Positions 26,367 to 35,214 of a DNA stretch of 41,927 nt are shown piece by piece. Position numbers and translations under genes: made by a program. Location: the NCBI GenBank assembly GCA_964419615.1, contig CAYQPU010000011.1, forward strand, positions 1 to 41,927, read 5' to 3'. How positions within the stretch are numbered: the stretch's first letter is position 1; each line of letters begins with the position of its first letter. The notes below the pieces were generated by a model. The model was not told the origin of the DNA, made no database searches, and was given only the letters and a program-made list of their open reading frames with translations. Origin of the DNA: an uncultured Methanosarcinales archaeon (lineage in GTDB: Archaea; Nanobdellota; Nanobdellia; Woesearchaeales; JAGVZT01).

Positions 26367-28625
26367 ATGAAAAAAGAGGTTGTAGTATTATCACTAATCC
26401 TATTACTAATAATTGGCTGTGCTGATCAAAAAGCAAATGAGGAGATTTCCGAAGAAAGAACAGATGATTACATTGATAAAACAAAAGACTCTATTAACCA
26501 CCAAGATACAGTAGATTCCAATGAAATTGTACCTGCGCCGATTATCAATGAAAAAATCAAAGGATATTGGAGTTCTCGTTCTGGAATGGTCCTCTCAGAA
26601 CTAGATGATGCTGAACAAATGAAAGAAATTGGCATCAACACAATTACATTTTCTCCTTCACACACTCATTCTCAAGAGGGTAAAGTAACTGAACGACCCG
26701 GTTCAGAATCAATGATAAAAAAAGCAATTAACAAAGCACATAAAGCTGGATTTCGAGTAATGCTAGAAACAACTCCTATGAACGCAGGCATAGTTGCTCC
26801 GAAAGTTACAGATGTAAGTTTATTTGAAGCAGTTGACAGCATGGCACGATTGCGAGCTCAATGTATTGCTGAAACAGCACTACCTGAACAATTAGTTGAG
26901 GAATATTTTAACCTTTCGTGTTTTCTTGCAGACATCTTTTTTGAACTAGCTGACCAGCATACAATTAACAAATTGGAAGTACTTGTTGGTTACATGAACG
27001 AACATGAAGCTCTGATGAACTATGATTCTTGTCAAAGACCATTTTGGATGAAGCATTTACCTGAATTTGTTCAAACATTGGATGAAGTATTAATCCAATT
27101 GTATGGCGCTAGTTATGGATCACTTGACCAAGGGCACCACATTGTTTCTGCACTTAAAAACTTTTGTGCAAGAGCTGAGGGAGAGGAAGTGCAAGAGTTG
27201 ATATTTTCTTCAATATCCCCTTTAGGTGGTGTTGTACGCGGTATTGATGCACAAAATTATATGCTCTTTAATTCAGTGGAACAAGAAAATGGAGCAGATT
27301 TGGTTTTTGAGCAGGGTGACTATCTTGATGAACTCAAAAGAAAAATCAAACTTGCAAGAAGTATTGGGTATCAGGCAATAACTACAACAGTAAATGAAGA
27401 TCAGCTTAGTGAGATTTCCAAACTATACCCCCTTTATAGAAGAATTGGTCAAACAGGGGGGAGAAAAGGACGTCGTCATAAAGTACAAATCCCACTTAAT
27501 GAGCCACCAGAACACAATTATTCAGAACAAATGGCAGATAGGTTACTAGACGCCATCTCTGATCAACCCAACATTGGTTTACTAAAAAGATTATTTCCAA
27601 ATGACTATCTTAATACTTTATTCACCACAGATTTTAGTCGAGTTGAAAAAAAAGTACTAAAAGGACTAAAACACATGGACATTGATAGAGACGCAATAGA
27701 GTATGAAGGACTGGGTGATTTGTATGAGACTATTGCTGCATTTTTGGTATCATTAAGTGAATTTGAAGCTCAACATCAGCATCCGATTGGGAGTAAGGTG
27801 GTGGTAAATAATAATATTGATGATTTTCGTGTTGAAGATCTTTGGACAGGTAGTGTGGGTGAAATACTTGATATAAACTTATCTGTTCTTTCTTTAATTG
27901 TGACAATAGGGAAAAAAAGAGGGAGGGGAAAGCCTAAAAACGATTATTATTGGGAAGATGAGTATTCATGTTTGCAGTTAGAAAAACCTGGCCGGAACTT
28001 TGAATATGGTCATCTGTTTTCTGGAGATGCCTTAATGCCTGGAGATATTGTTGAAATAATTAAAGTATCTGATGATGATGAATTCAATCCAGATGTTGGT
28101 AGCATCGCAGAAGTAATAGGTCCAACCTATGTAGTTAAATTCAACAAGATTGTAGACAAACGTGGCAGAGAACTTGACTTTACCTCAACAGAAAGATGTG
28201 TGAATCACGCCGTTATTGATGTAATTGAATATGGAACAGTTCATGATGTCCATGAATCTGTTGATGACAGATTCAGAAAAGCAATAGATAAATCAGAACT
28301 TGCAGAATTTAAGTTTGAATCATTTAACTATCAGGATGTTTTGGGTATTGTCCACCAAGAAGTAATCCAAGGTTATGGAAAAAGAACAATTTGCTGTACA
28401 GATCCCAATAATCCCCAAGATAATTTTATATTACTGACATATGTTGAACCCTGTGAAAAAGAAGAAATGGCATCATTTTCTTTAGATCCTTTCCAAGATT
28501 TGGTTAATAATAATTTTTCTGATAGTGCATTTTCAGACTTTGCAGCTGAAGTAAATCCTGTTTACATAAATATGAGAGTAATTGAAAATGGAAGACAAAT
28601 TAATTATCTCGAAGGTAGAAGATAA
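26367..28625 (+). CDS. 752-aa ORF: lipoprotein signal plus truncated glycoside-hydrolase-like TIM-barrel start fused to an unrelated ~600-aa region
   Basis: LLIIGC lipobox; MKEIGINTITF and AINKAHKAGFRVML resemble the first strands of GH113/GH5-like barrels; this character stops after KVTDVSLF (~26820). Confidence 0.6.
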   Translation: MKKEVVVLSLILLLIIGCADQKANEEISEERTDDYIDKTKDSINHQDTVDSNEIVPAPIINEKIKGYWSSRSGMVLSELDDAEQMKEIGINTITFSPSHTHSQEGKVTERPGSESMIKKAINKAHKAGFRVMLETTPMNAGIVAPKVTDVSLFEAVDSMARLRAQCIAETALPEQLVEEYFNLSCFLADIFFELADQHTINKLEVLVGYMNEHEALMNYDSCQRPFWMKHLPEFVQTLDEVLIQLYGASYGSLDQGHHIVSALKNFCARAEGEEVQELIFSSISPLGGVVRGIDAQNYMLFNSVEQENGADLVFEQGDYLDELKRKIKLARSIGYQAITTTVNEDQLSEISKLYPLYRRIGQTGGRKGRRHKVQIPLNEPPEHNYSEQMADRLLDAISDQPNIGLLKRLFPNDYLNTLFTTDFSRVEKKVLKGLKHMDIDRDAIEYEGLGDLYETIAAFLVSLSEFEAQHQHPIGSKVVVNNNIDDFRVEDLWTGSVGEILDINLSVLSLIVTIGKKRGRGKPKNDYYWEDEYSCLQLEKPGRNFEYGHLFSGDALMPGDIVEIIKVSDDDEFNPDVGSIAEVIGPTYVVKFNKIVDKRGRELDFTSTERCVNHAVIDVIEYGTVHDVHESVDDRFRKAIDKSELAEFKFESFNYQDVLGIVHQEVIQGYGKRTICCTDPNNPQDNFILLTYVEPCEKEEMASFSLDPFQDLVNNNFSDSAFSDFAAEVNPVYINMRVIENGRQINYLEGRR

Positions 28626-29136
28626 ACTCTTTTCACTTCTTGAAACTAGACTTACCCAATTAGATATACCTCAACTATTGGTAAAGAAGATAAAAATATG
28701 GGATGTTCTTAAAATAGAACATATCGATGATAAAACCTTTGGAGAAAATACTTCTTATGGTCCAGAAGGAATCATTCAAGAAATTAGAAATGATTATTTT
28801 TTAGGATCAATAATTGGAATAGGTGATCCAGCAGGCATATATGTACCAATAGCTTATTTTATTGCTCAACTCCACATAGATGAAAAATTTACAATGGAGT
28901 TGGTTTCAGGAGCCACAGTTCCTGGTGAATATAGAAAACAAGGAATATTCACAATGTTCATGGATGCTTATGAAGAGATTGCAACTCAAATTGGATGTGA
29001 ATCACTAGTATGTGCAACAAATGAAAAAAATGGTTTGTTTAATTATCTTAGTGCAAGAGGTTTTGCAAAAGACTCAACAATACAAGATCATTATGGTGAA
29101 GGTGAACACGGATTTTTAATGAGTAAAGGACTATAA
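28588..29136 (+). CDS. GNAT-fold acetyltransferase-like protein
   Basis: ATVPGEYRKQGIFTMFM (motif A), LFNYLSARGF (motif B). Confidence 0.7.
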   Translation: MEDKLIISKVEDKLFSLLETRLTQLDIPQLLVKKIKIWDVLKIEHIDDKTFGENTSYGPEGIIQEIRNDYFLGSIIGIGDPAGIYVPIAYFIAQLHIDEKFTMELVSGATVPGEYRKQGIFTMFMDAYEEIATQIGCESLVCATNEKNGLFNYLSARGFAKDSTIQDHYGEGEHGFLMSKGL

Positions 29137-29150
29137 ACTCACCGTGTAAA

Positions 29151-29393
29151 TTACTTTACAGTATCATTCAAACACTTTGGAAAATAAGTAAACTTATGCT
29201 CACTAAGAATCATTGATAAATCATGTTGCTTTAAAGAATTACCCAAAATCTTCCTAATCTCCATTATAACTTCATTTGGCTCATCTCCAGTCTTAAGCCT
29301 GATCTCAAAACCAAAATCATGCTCAACAACCAGTTCATACAAATAAGTAACAAATTGATTTACTAAGAACAAAATTAGATGATCATTTTCCAA
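29151..29393 (-). CDS. Small hypothetical protein
   Basis: 80-aa ORF (TTG start) filling the gap between genes; no family recognised. Confidence 0.4.
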   Translation of the reverse strand: MENDHLILFLVNQFVTYLYELVVEHDFGFEIRLKTGDEPNEVIMEIRKILGNSLKQHDLSMILSEHKFTYFPKCLNDTVK

Positions 29394-29444
29394 CAGGATT
29401 ATGATTTTTTATTAAATTAAGCAATTTTTATATACTAGTATTAA

Positions 29445-30035
29445 TTGTTTATGCCTATGAAAATCACTGCAAACTTCATTACAACATTCAGACTAATATT
29501 GTTCTTTATTGGAGTTTCCTTTCTTTATATGAATAACAAAATCCTTCATCTACTGGTTGCACCAATTATCTTAATAGTTGTTTTACTAGATGCAGTTGAT
29601 GGGATTGTTGCAAGAAAACTAAAGTCAGAAACTCAATTTGGAGCTTTTTATGATATTGCAGCTGATCGTATAGTTGAACTCACAGTCTATGTGGTATTTG
29701 CACAATTGGGTTACATAAGTGTCTTAATTCCATTAATAGTAATGGTCAGAGGAATACTAACTGGAATGATGCGAAGTGTTGGTGCACTAAAAAAGAAAGC
29801 ACCATTTAAACTAAAATACACCAAAATAGGAAATTTCTTAGTGTCATCAAGATTTATGAGAGGAGGATATGGTGGGTTAAAGGTTGTAACCTTTGTGATG
29901 TTGGCATATTTATTCTATTTAACAAATCATGCTAATCCTGCAAACTGGTTTGTAATACTTGTAGATATACTGGTTTATTTGAGTGCATTAGTTTGCGTAT
30001 TAAGGGGTTTACCTGTTATAATAGAAGGAACTTAA
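29445..30035 (+). CDS. CDP-alcohol phosphatidyltransferase (PgsA-like)
   Basis: LDAVDGIVARKLKSETQFGAFYDIAADR matches the DG-x2-AR-x8-G-x3-D-x3-D signature; about 6 TM segments. Confidence 0.93.
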   Translation: MFMPMKITANFITTFRLILFFIGVSFLYMNNKILHLLVAPIILIVVLLDAVDGIVARKLKSETQFGAFYDIAADRIVELTVYVVFAQLGYISVLIPLIVMVRGILTGMMRSVGALKKKAPFKLKYTKIGNFLVSSRFMRGGYGGLKVVTFVMLAYLFYLTNHANPANWFVILVDILVYLSALVCVLRGLPVIIEGT

Positions 30036-30153
30036 TCTAGATCTCAAGCTTATCAAGTAAAATTAATATTAAGAAAGTGAAAGGAACAAAAGTTGTCTGT
30101 TATTTTTGCCTAATTACAAAAATATATTAATGAAATAATGTGTCAAAAGCTTT

Positions 30154-31293
30154 ATGAGATGGTTTAAATATATAATCATTATAGCATTCTTTATTATTGG
30201 GTGTAATAGTAATAGCCCTGCCTTTGATAGCATTACAACTTCTGGTACAATATACAAAGATGAGACCTGGTCAGGAGTCGTGAATATTACTGGAGATATC
30301 CATATCCCTTATGGGGTAACACTCACAATAAAACCCGGAACCCAAGTTATCATGAAAGCTAACTATGATGATACCAGAGTGGGTGGTGAACATATAATTG
30401 ATGAGGCAACAGATATAGATCCTTCTGCAACTCCAGAATATACAAAAACCCATATCAATTTTAATATACTCGGTGGTTTGTATGCTATAGGAGAACCAGA
30501 TAATCCAATTATTTTTACCTCAGATGCAAAAGAACCCAAACATACAGACTGGGATGGAATGACTTTTGAGAAGAACAGTGAAGGAATATTAAAATATGTA
30601 ATTGTTGAATACAGTCACACAGGCCCAGCACTACATGGAACGAACAAAGTTAACATATCACACAGTATAATAAGACACATATTCTGGGGTGGTCTACATG
30701 CATTTGAAAACTCACCTACTTTTGAATACAATGTCCTTTATGACATTGGCCATGAAGCATTTGATACTCACAAGGCAAGTCCAATAATTAGATTCAACAA
30801 CATTAGTAATGCTAGAACAGCATTTGTTTTTAATTATTATAACCATGCTTCAAAAAACCCCATACTGTTTGAGAACAACATTGTAAAAGATTCATCCTCC
30901 ATGGGTCAATTGCAAGAAAACGCATTTGTTATCATTAGAAAAAATACATTTATTGGTTCTGATAACACAGGAGGACCATGGCACTATAAAGGTTTTACAC
31001 TTGACTCTGAAGTGCATTCAAGATGTTTAGCTCTAGCAGACAATGTGAATGTGGAAATTGTGAACAATATATTTTCAAACTTTGAAGGATCAGCAATCTG
31101 CTATGAAAAAATTGGTCCAAACAAAGGTATAGGACACACAACAAATATACCAGAACCATTTGAAATAATTGGGCCAATAAAAATTTGGATAAAAAATAAT
31201 ATTTTTAATGGTTCTGATGATTTAGAATTCTTAAATGAGCTTACAGCATGGGAAAATGTTGAAGTAACAAATAATTATTATGCTCATATATAA
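30154..31293 (+). CDS. Right-handed parallel beta-helix protein, lipoprotein-like
   Basis: FFIIGC lipobox; ETWSGVVNITGDI.IP.GVTLTIKPGT, NPIIFTS, repeated I.(H/N)N.I units. Confidence 0.8.
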   Translation: MRWFKYIIIIAFFIIGCNSNSPAFDSITTSGTIYKDETWSGVVNITGDIHIPYGVTLTIKPGTQVIMKANYDDTRVGGEHIIDEATDIDPSATPEYTKTHINFNILGGLYAIGEPDNPIIFTSDAKEPKHTDWDGMTFEKNSEGILKYVIVEYSHTGPALHGTNKVNISHSIIRHIFWGGLHAFENSPTFEYNVLYDIGHEAFDTHKASPIIRFNNISNARTAFVFNYYNHASKNPILFENNIVKDSSSMGQLQENAFVIIRKNTFIGSDNTGGPWHYKGFTLDSEVHSRCLALADNVNVEIVNNIFSNFEGSAICYEKIGPNKGIGHTTNIPEPFEIIGPIKIWIKNNIFNGSDDLEFLNELTAWENVEVTNNYYAHI

Positions 31294-31324
31294 ATGAGTT
31301 TTTCTGATATTTAAATGTTTCTGT

Positions 31325-31366
31325 TTTTACCACTGTGGAGTCACTAAGATTCAAAAGATTATTATA
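31325..31366 (+). promoter_or_regulatory. ACT-N4-AGT palindrome plus BRE/TATA upstream of the CinA-like gene
   Basis: TTTTACCACT-gtgg-AGT, then AAGA-TTATTATA (31359-31366); 17-nt gap. Confidence 0.65.
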
Positions 31367-31452
31367 TGTTATTTTTTTACCCATAAATTATCTTCCACCT
31401 TCATTGATCACAACGTAAAAAACCAAATAAAACAAATAAACTTTGATACAAA

Positions 31453-32637
31453 ATGACCACAACAAATGATCATCTAAGGCAGTTTAGTCAGTACAATGTA
31501 TCAGAGCTCACTCAATTACTAGATATTATTGGGACTCAAGCTCATTCTGAGTTAATAAAAACAAATCACAAAATTCTTACAGTGGGTGGTATTGCTCTTG
31601 GAGCAGATGTTGCAGCTTTAGCTGGTAATGATGGTAGTTCAAGATACCTGTTGGGAAGTGGTTTTGTAAACTATAAAAAACAAGAGTCAATAGATAATGC
31701 TGAAATATTTGTTAAAGATGGCTTTAACTTTGCACAAAGATCAAACTTAGAGGAATGCTCAATAATTATGGGTGCTCATGGCTACACTTCTGGGACTTTA
31801 GCTGGAAAAGTACTTGTCTTTGCAGGTACTAAAGATCAAACATTTCAAGAATTAATTGACTTTAAATCAGCTCATGTTGATGCAACACCACTATATCGAC
31901 GATCAATACAATTAAATGCAGCATTAGCGACAATTGGTATAACACTCAAACTTATTGGTGTAAATTTACTTGAAATAGATTCAACCTCTAATGAAATTAA
32001 TGATTCATATGTAAGTCCCCAACTACATAAAATCCAGGTAGAAAACCAAGGGATCTGGGAAACAATAAGGTATCACTTAAACCAGAATAGTGATGATAAA
32101 AAAATAATCCTTGGTGAAAGTTTTACCGCTGGATTATTGGCACAACGAATAACATCATATGCAGGTGCAAGTAAAATCTTGGAAGGTTCCTTAATATGGT
32201 ATGATAGTCGACTAAAACAATATGTTGGAGTGCCCAAAGAAAGTTTAAGTGATGAACTCATTGCAAAACCAAGTACCATTGCACATGCAACAACTGGTTT
32301 ACTTGCAGAGTCAGAACAATCTGATCTGGCAATTGGGACAACTGGATGGGCAAACTTCTGGGAGCAGGGAGAACCTGATTTTTTCTCAATTGGGTGTAGT
32401 CAGTACTTGGATAAACTTTATGTAGAAACAGCAAAAGTAATTGTAACTCACACTCAACATGATCCATGCAGCAGGGATAGAAGACAAATAACTCGATACC
32501 TTGGGGAAACAACTGCTTGGTATTTGGCTACAAGAGCATTTCAAAGAAAATATCCCCAAGTTCAAGGATTTTCTCAATTAGCAGCAGGTATTGAAAAACT
32601 AATCAAAGGTTACGCCATTCTAGAGCTTAATAGTTGA
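31453..32637 (+). CDS. Tandem CinA/PncC (NMN deamidase-like) domain protein
   Basis: C-terminal copy: IILGESFTAGLLAQRITSYAGAS...WYDSRLK...AIGTTG. N-terminal degenerate copy: ILTVGGIALG...GSSRYLLG...IMGAHG. Confidence 0.75.
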   Translation: MTTTNDHLRQFSQYNVSELTQLLDIIGTQAHSELIKTNHKILTVGGIALGADVAALAGNDGSSRYLLGSGFVNYKKQESIDNAEIFVKDGFNFAQRSNLEECSIIMGAHGYTSGTLAGKVLVFAGTKDQTFQELIDFKSAHVDATPLYRRSIQLNAALATIGITLKLIGVNLLEIDSTSNEINDSYVSPQLHKIQVENQGIWETIRYHLNQNSDDKKIILGESFTAGLLAQRITSYAGASKILEGSLIWYDSRLKQYVGVPKESLSDELIAKPSTIAHATTGLLAESEQSDLAIGTTGWANFWEQGEPDFFSIGCSQYLDKLYVETAKVIVTHTQHDPCSRDRRQITRYLGETTAWYLATRAFQRKYPQVQGFSQLAAGIEKLIKGYAILELNS

Positions 32638-32702
32638 ATATAATTTAATTTACATACTATATTGACGAAGCAATTAAATACCAACAAACATCCCCTTTTC
32701 TT

Positions 32703-33881
32703 ATGAACATAGAGTTAGTAGCACCCGTAGGATCATTTGAAATGTTAGCTGCCGCAATAAACGCAGGTGCAGATGCAGTCTATTTGGGAATCAAAGGATT
32801 TAACATGCGAGCTGGAGCAAGGAATTTTTCAGTAGATGAACTTCAAACAGCAGTAAGTCAAGCACATAAAAATAATGTAAAAGTTTATTTGGTTCTCAAC
32901 ACAATCATCTTTGAAGATGAATTAGACAAAATTAAAACAATTCTAAAAACAGTAGAAGTTGATGCAATCATCGCTTGGGATCATGCAATAATTAAATTAG
33001 CAAATGAACTTGGAATAAAAGTTCATCTATCAACACAAGCATCAGTTTCAAACTCAATCGCAATCAATGAATATAAAAAACTAGGAATATCAAGGGTGGT
33101 GCTTGCAAGAGAATGTACACTAAAAGAAATAAAACAAATCTCAACCAAGACAGAGGTTGAGCTAGAAGCATTTTGCCATGGAGCAATGTGTGTTGCACAA
33201 TCAGGTAGATGTTTTATCTCAGAGCATTTGTATGGTAAGTCAGCTAACAGAGGAGAATGTGTGCAGCCATGCCGGAGAGAGTATAAGTTAGTTGATACTG
33301 AGTCTGGAAAAGAGCTTAGTATTGGTAATAATTATGTGATGTCTGCAAAAGATCTGTGCACTGTTAAATTCTTAGACAAATTAATAGACGCTGGGATTAC
33401 AGTATTAAAAATTGAAGGCAGAGCTCGATCTGCAGAATATGTAAGCACAGTAGTTAAAACATACAAGCAAGCATTACTATTCATAAAAGATGGAACTTAT
33501 GAAAAACACAAAAATAAACTTGCAGAAGAATTAAAAAATGTTTATAATCGTGATTTTTCAGATGGTTTTTACTTTGGAAGACCTATTGAAGATTTCTGGA
33601 ATTCAAGTGGTGGAAATGCTAAATTTCGAAAAGAATATATTGGAATAATTCTTAATTATTATCCTAAGGCAAAAGCACTACACGCAATAATTCATACCGG
33701 GAAACTTGACAATGGTGATGATATTTATATTATAGGACCAACAACAGGAGTTGTTGAATTAAAAATCAAATCCATACGTAATGAAGAAAATACTTTCACG
33801 GTTGCTTGTGAATCTAAAGTTAGAGAAGGAGATAAGGTTTATAAGAAAGTTAGAAATAAGATCATAGGTAATAATCATTAA
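32703..33881 (+). CDS. Peptidase U32 family protein (TrhP/YegQ-like RNA hydroxylation protein)
   Basis: ELVAPVGS, GADAVYLG, FCHGAMCVAQSGRC, NRGECVQPCR, LKIEGR; C-terminal beta-barrel. Confidence 0.92.
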   Translation: MNIELVAPVGSFEMLAAAINAGADAVYLGIKGFNMRAGARNFSVDELQTAVSQAHKNNVKVYLVLNTIIFEDELDKIKTILKTVEVDAIIAWDHAIIKLANELGIKVHLSTQASVSNSIAINEYKKLGISRVVLARECTLKEIKQISTKTEVELEAFCHGAMCVAQSGRCFISEHLYGKSANRGECVQPCRREYKLVDTESGKELSIGNNYVMSAKDLCTVKFLDKLIDAGITVLKIEGRARSAEYVSTVVKTYKQALLFIKDGTYEKHKNKLAEELKNVYNRDFSDGFYFGRPIEDFWNSSGGNAKFRKEYIGIILNYYPKAKALHAIIHTGKLDNGDDIYIIGPTTGVVELKIKSIRNEENTFTVACESKVREGDKVYKKVRNKIIGNNH

Positions 33882-33911
33882 ATACTGTATAATATTCCCT
33901 CGAAATATATA

Positions 33912-34289
33912 ATGGTGAACATATCAGACCCACTAACATCAATTGACCAAGCTATTGAGTTACTTAATGCAACTAAACTAATGATAGGATTAGTTCCTGA
34001 TGAAGACATTCCACTAGAGTATTGGAAATATTTTAGTAAGCTTGAGGCAGGTTGTGGATATTATGGATGGCCTACCATAGAAGAAGAACATATTACTATT
34101 CAGCAACCAGGTAAACTTACCAAGCTGAGTTTTCCATCAATACCTGATATAATGATTGGTGTTGCCTATGGGGTTGTTAATAGTGCTAAAGCTACTTATG
34201 AAAACAATAAATTAATCGATGAAGTTGAATCTTTTGTATTACCTCCTGAAAAAGAAGCTTATAATGAACCTTGGAGTTTAGGTAGTTAA
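33912..34289 (+). CDS. Hypothetical protein
   Basis: 125-aa ORF with upstream TATA-like sequence; no family recognised. Confidence 0.55.
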   Translation: MVNISDPLTSIDQAIELLNATKLMIGLVPDEDIPLEYWKYFSKLEAGCGYYGWPTIEEEHITIQQPGKLTKLSFPSIPDIMIGVAYGVVNSAKATYENNKLIDEVESFVLPPEKEAYNEPWSLGS

Positions 34290-34381
34290 TACCTACTCTT
34301 TTTATTTCTCTTTAGAATTTTGCAGCAAATATTTATTGGAGGATTAACTGCAATTTATACTAATAAAAAAAACAAAGGGGA

Positions 34382-34780
34382 TTACTCCCCCAATAATTCA
34401 ATAGTTCTTTGGTACACTCTGCAGTCATCTTTGCATCCAACCTTAGAATGGTTTGCTCCAGGTGTTATTAGATAACATACTGTTTCTGTTGTTACTGCAC
34501 ATCCAGTTGCATGTGAATCCAATTTAACACTTGGACCATACGCAGCAGGCACACTCCATTCACCATCCTTTTCCACTGTCATCCATACACATTGCAAATC
34601 TGTTTCTACTTCCAATTTTTCTTGCACTTCATCTCCACGTTCCTCTACTGCGTGATCAATGGTTGATTCATGCAATATGTAATCCGAATATCCCATTAGT
34701 TTATTTTTTAGTTTTCTTGATAATTCAAAGTTAGGTGACCAAAATAAACTAGTCAGAGCTACCCCCAATAAAGTTAACAT
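34382..34780 (-). CDS. Hypothetical protein with N-terminal hydrophobic segment and several Cys
   Basis: SD GGAGGT before ATG 34780. Confidence 0.55.
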   Translation of the reverse strand: MLTLLGVALTSLFWSPNFELSRKLKNKLMGYSDYILHESTIDHAVEERGDEVQEKLEVETDLQCVWMTVEKDGEWSVPAAYGPSVKLDSHATGCAVTTETVCYLITPGANHSKVGCKDDCRVYQRTIELLGE

Positions 34781-34940
34781 TTTGTTTACCTCCACATTTT
34801 AAAGTCTGTCGACTGTATTTTTATCATCAAATAATCTTTAGAAACTAACTTTTCACTTCAAAACAAACAGGTTTTTCAGACCATAAGAAATTGAAGTTTA
34901 TAGTTAGCAATACAACTATTAAAAACTAAACAGAAATACT

Positions 34941-35093
34941 TTATTTGACATAATATTTTTTGTCATTAACATTTGGTAAAGTGTACTTGTATTTAATAAT
35001 TTCTTTTATTAACCAAATAATAAAAGGAATAATTAGAATAATGACAAAAATGCAGAGACTAGAAGAGAATTCAGCAAATATTATTAAAATCAT
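34941..35093 (-). CDS. 50-aa single-pass membrane protein
   Basis: Hand translation MILIIFAEFSSSLCIFVIILIIPFIIWLIKEIIKYKYTLPNVNDKKYYVK; below the track cut-off. Confidence 0.4.
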   Translation of the reverse strand: MILIIFAEFSSSLCIFVIILIIPFIIWLIKEIIKYKYTLPNVNDKKYYVK

Positions 35094-35110
35094 GAACTCT
35101 GGGACTGGAA
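35094..35110. repeat. Intergenic GC-rich repeat copy 1 (GAACTCTGGGACTGGAA)
   Basis: Shares GGGACTGGAA with copies at 36756 and 37980; all copies co-oriented. Confidence 0.45.
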
Positions 35111-35214
35111 CAGTATTTTTAATTGTAATAATTCTTGAGTACAGTTTACGTAAGGTTAGCCAAAAGTATTATAAATCAATATAATCTTCTGATATTATAC
35201 GGAGGTAAAGTAAA

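Noticed and set aside
34960-35184. Plus-strand 74-aa ORF from the track
   Set aside because: TTG start without SD; it is the antisense of a more plausible 50-aa membrane protein and runs into the 35215 promoter.
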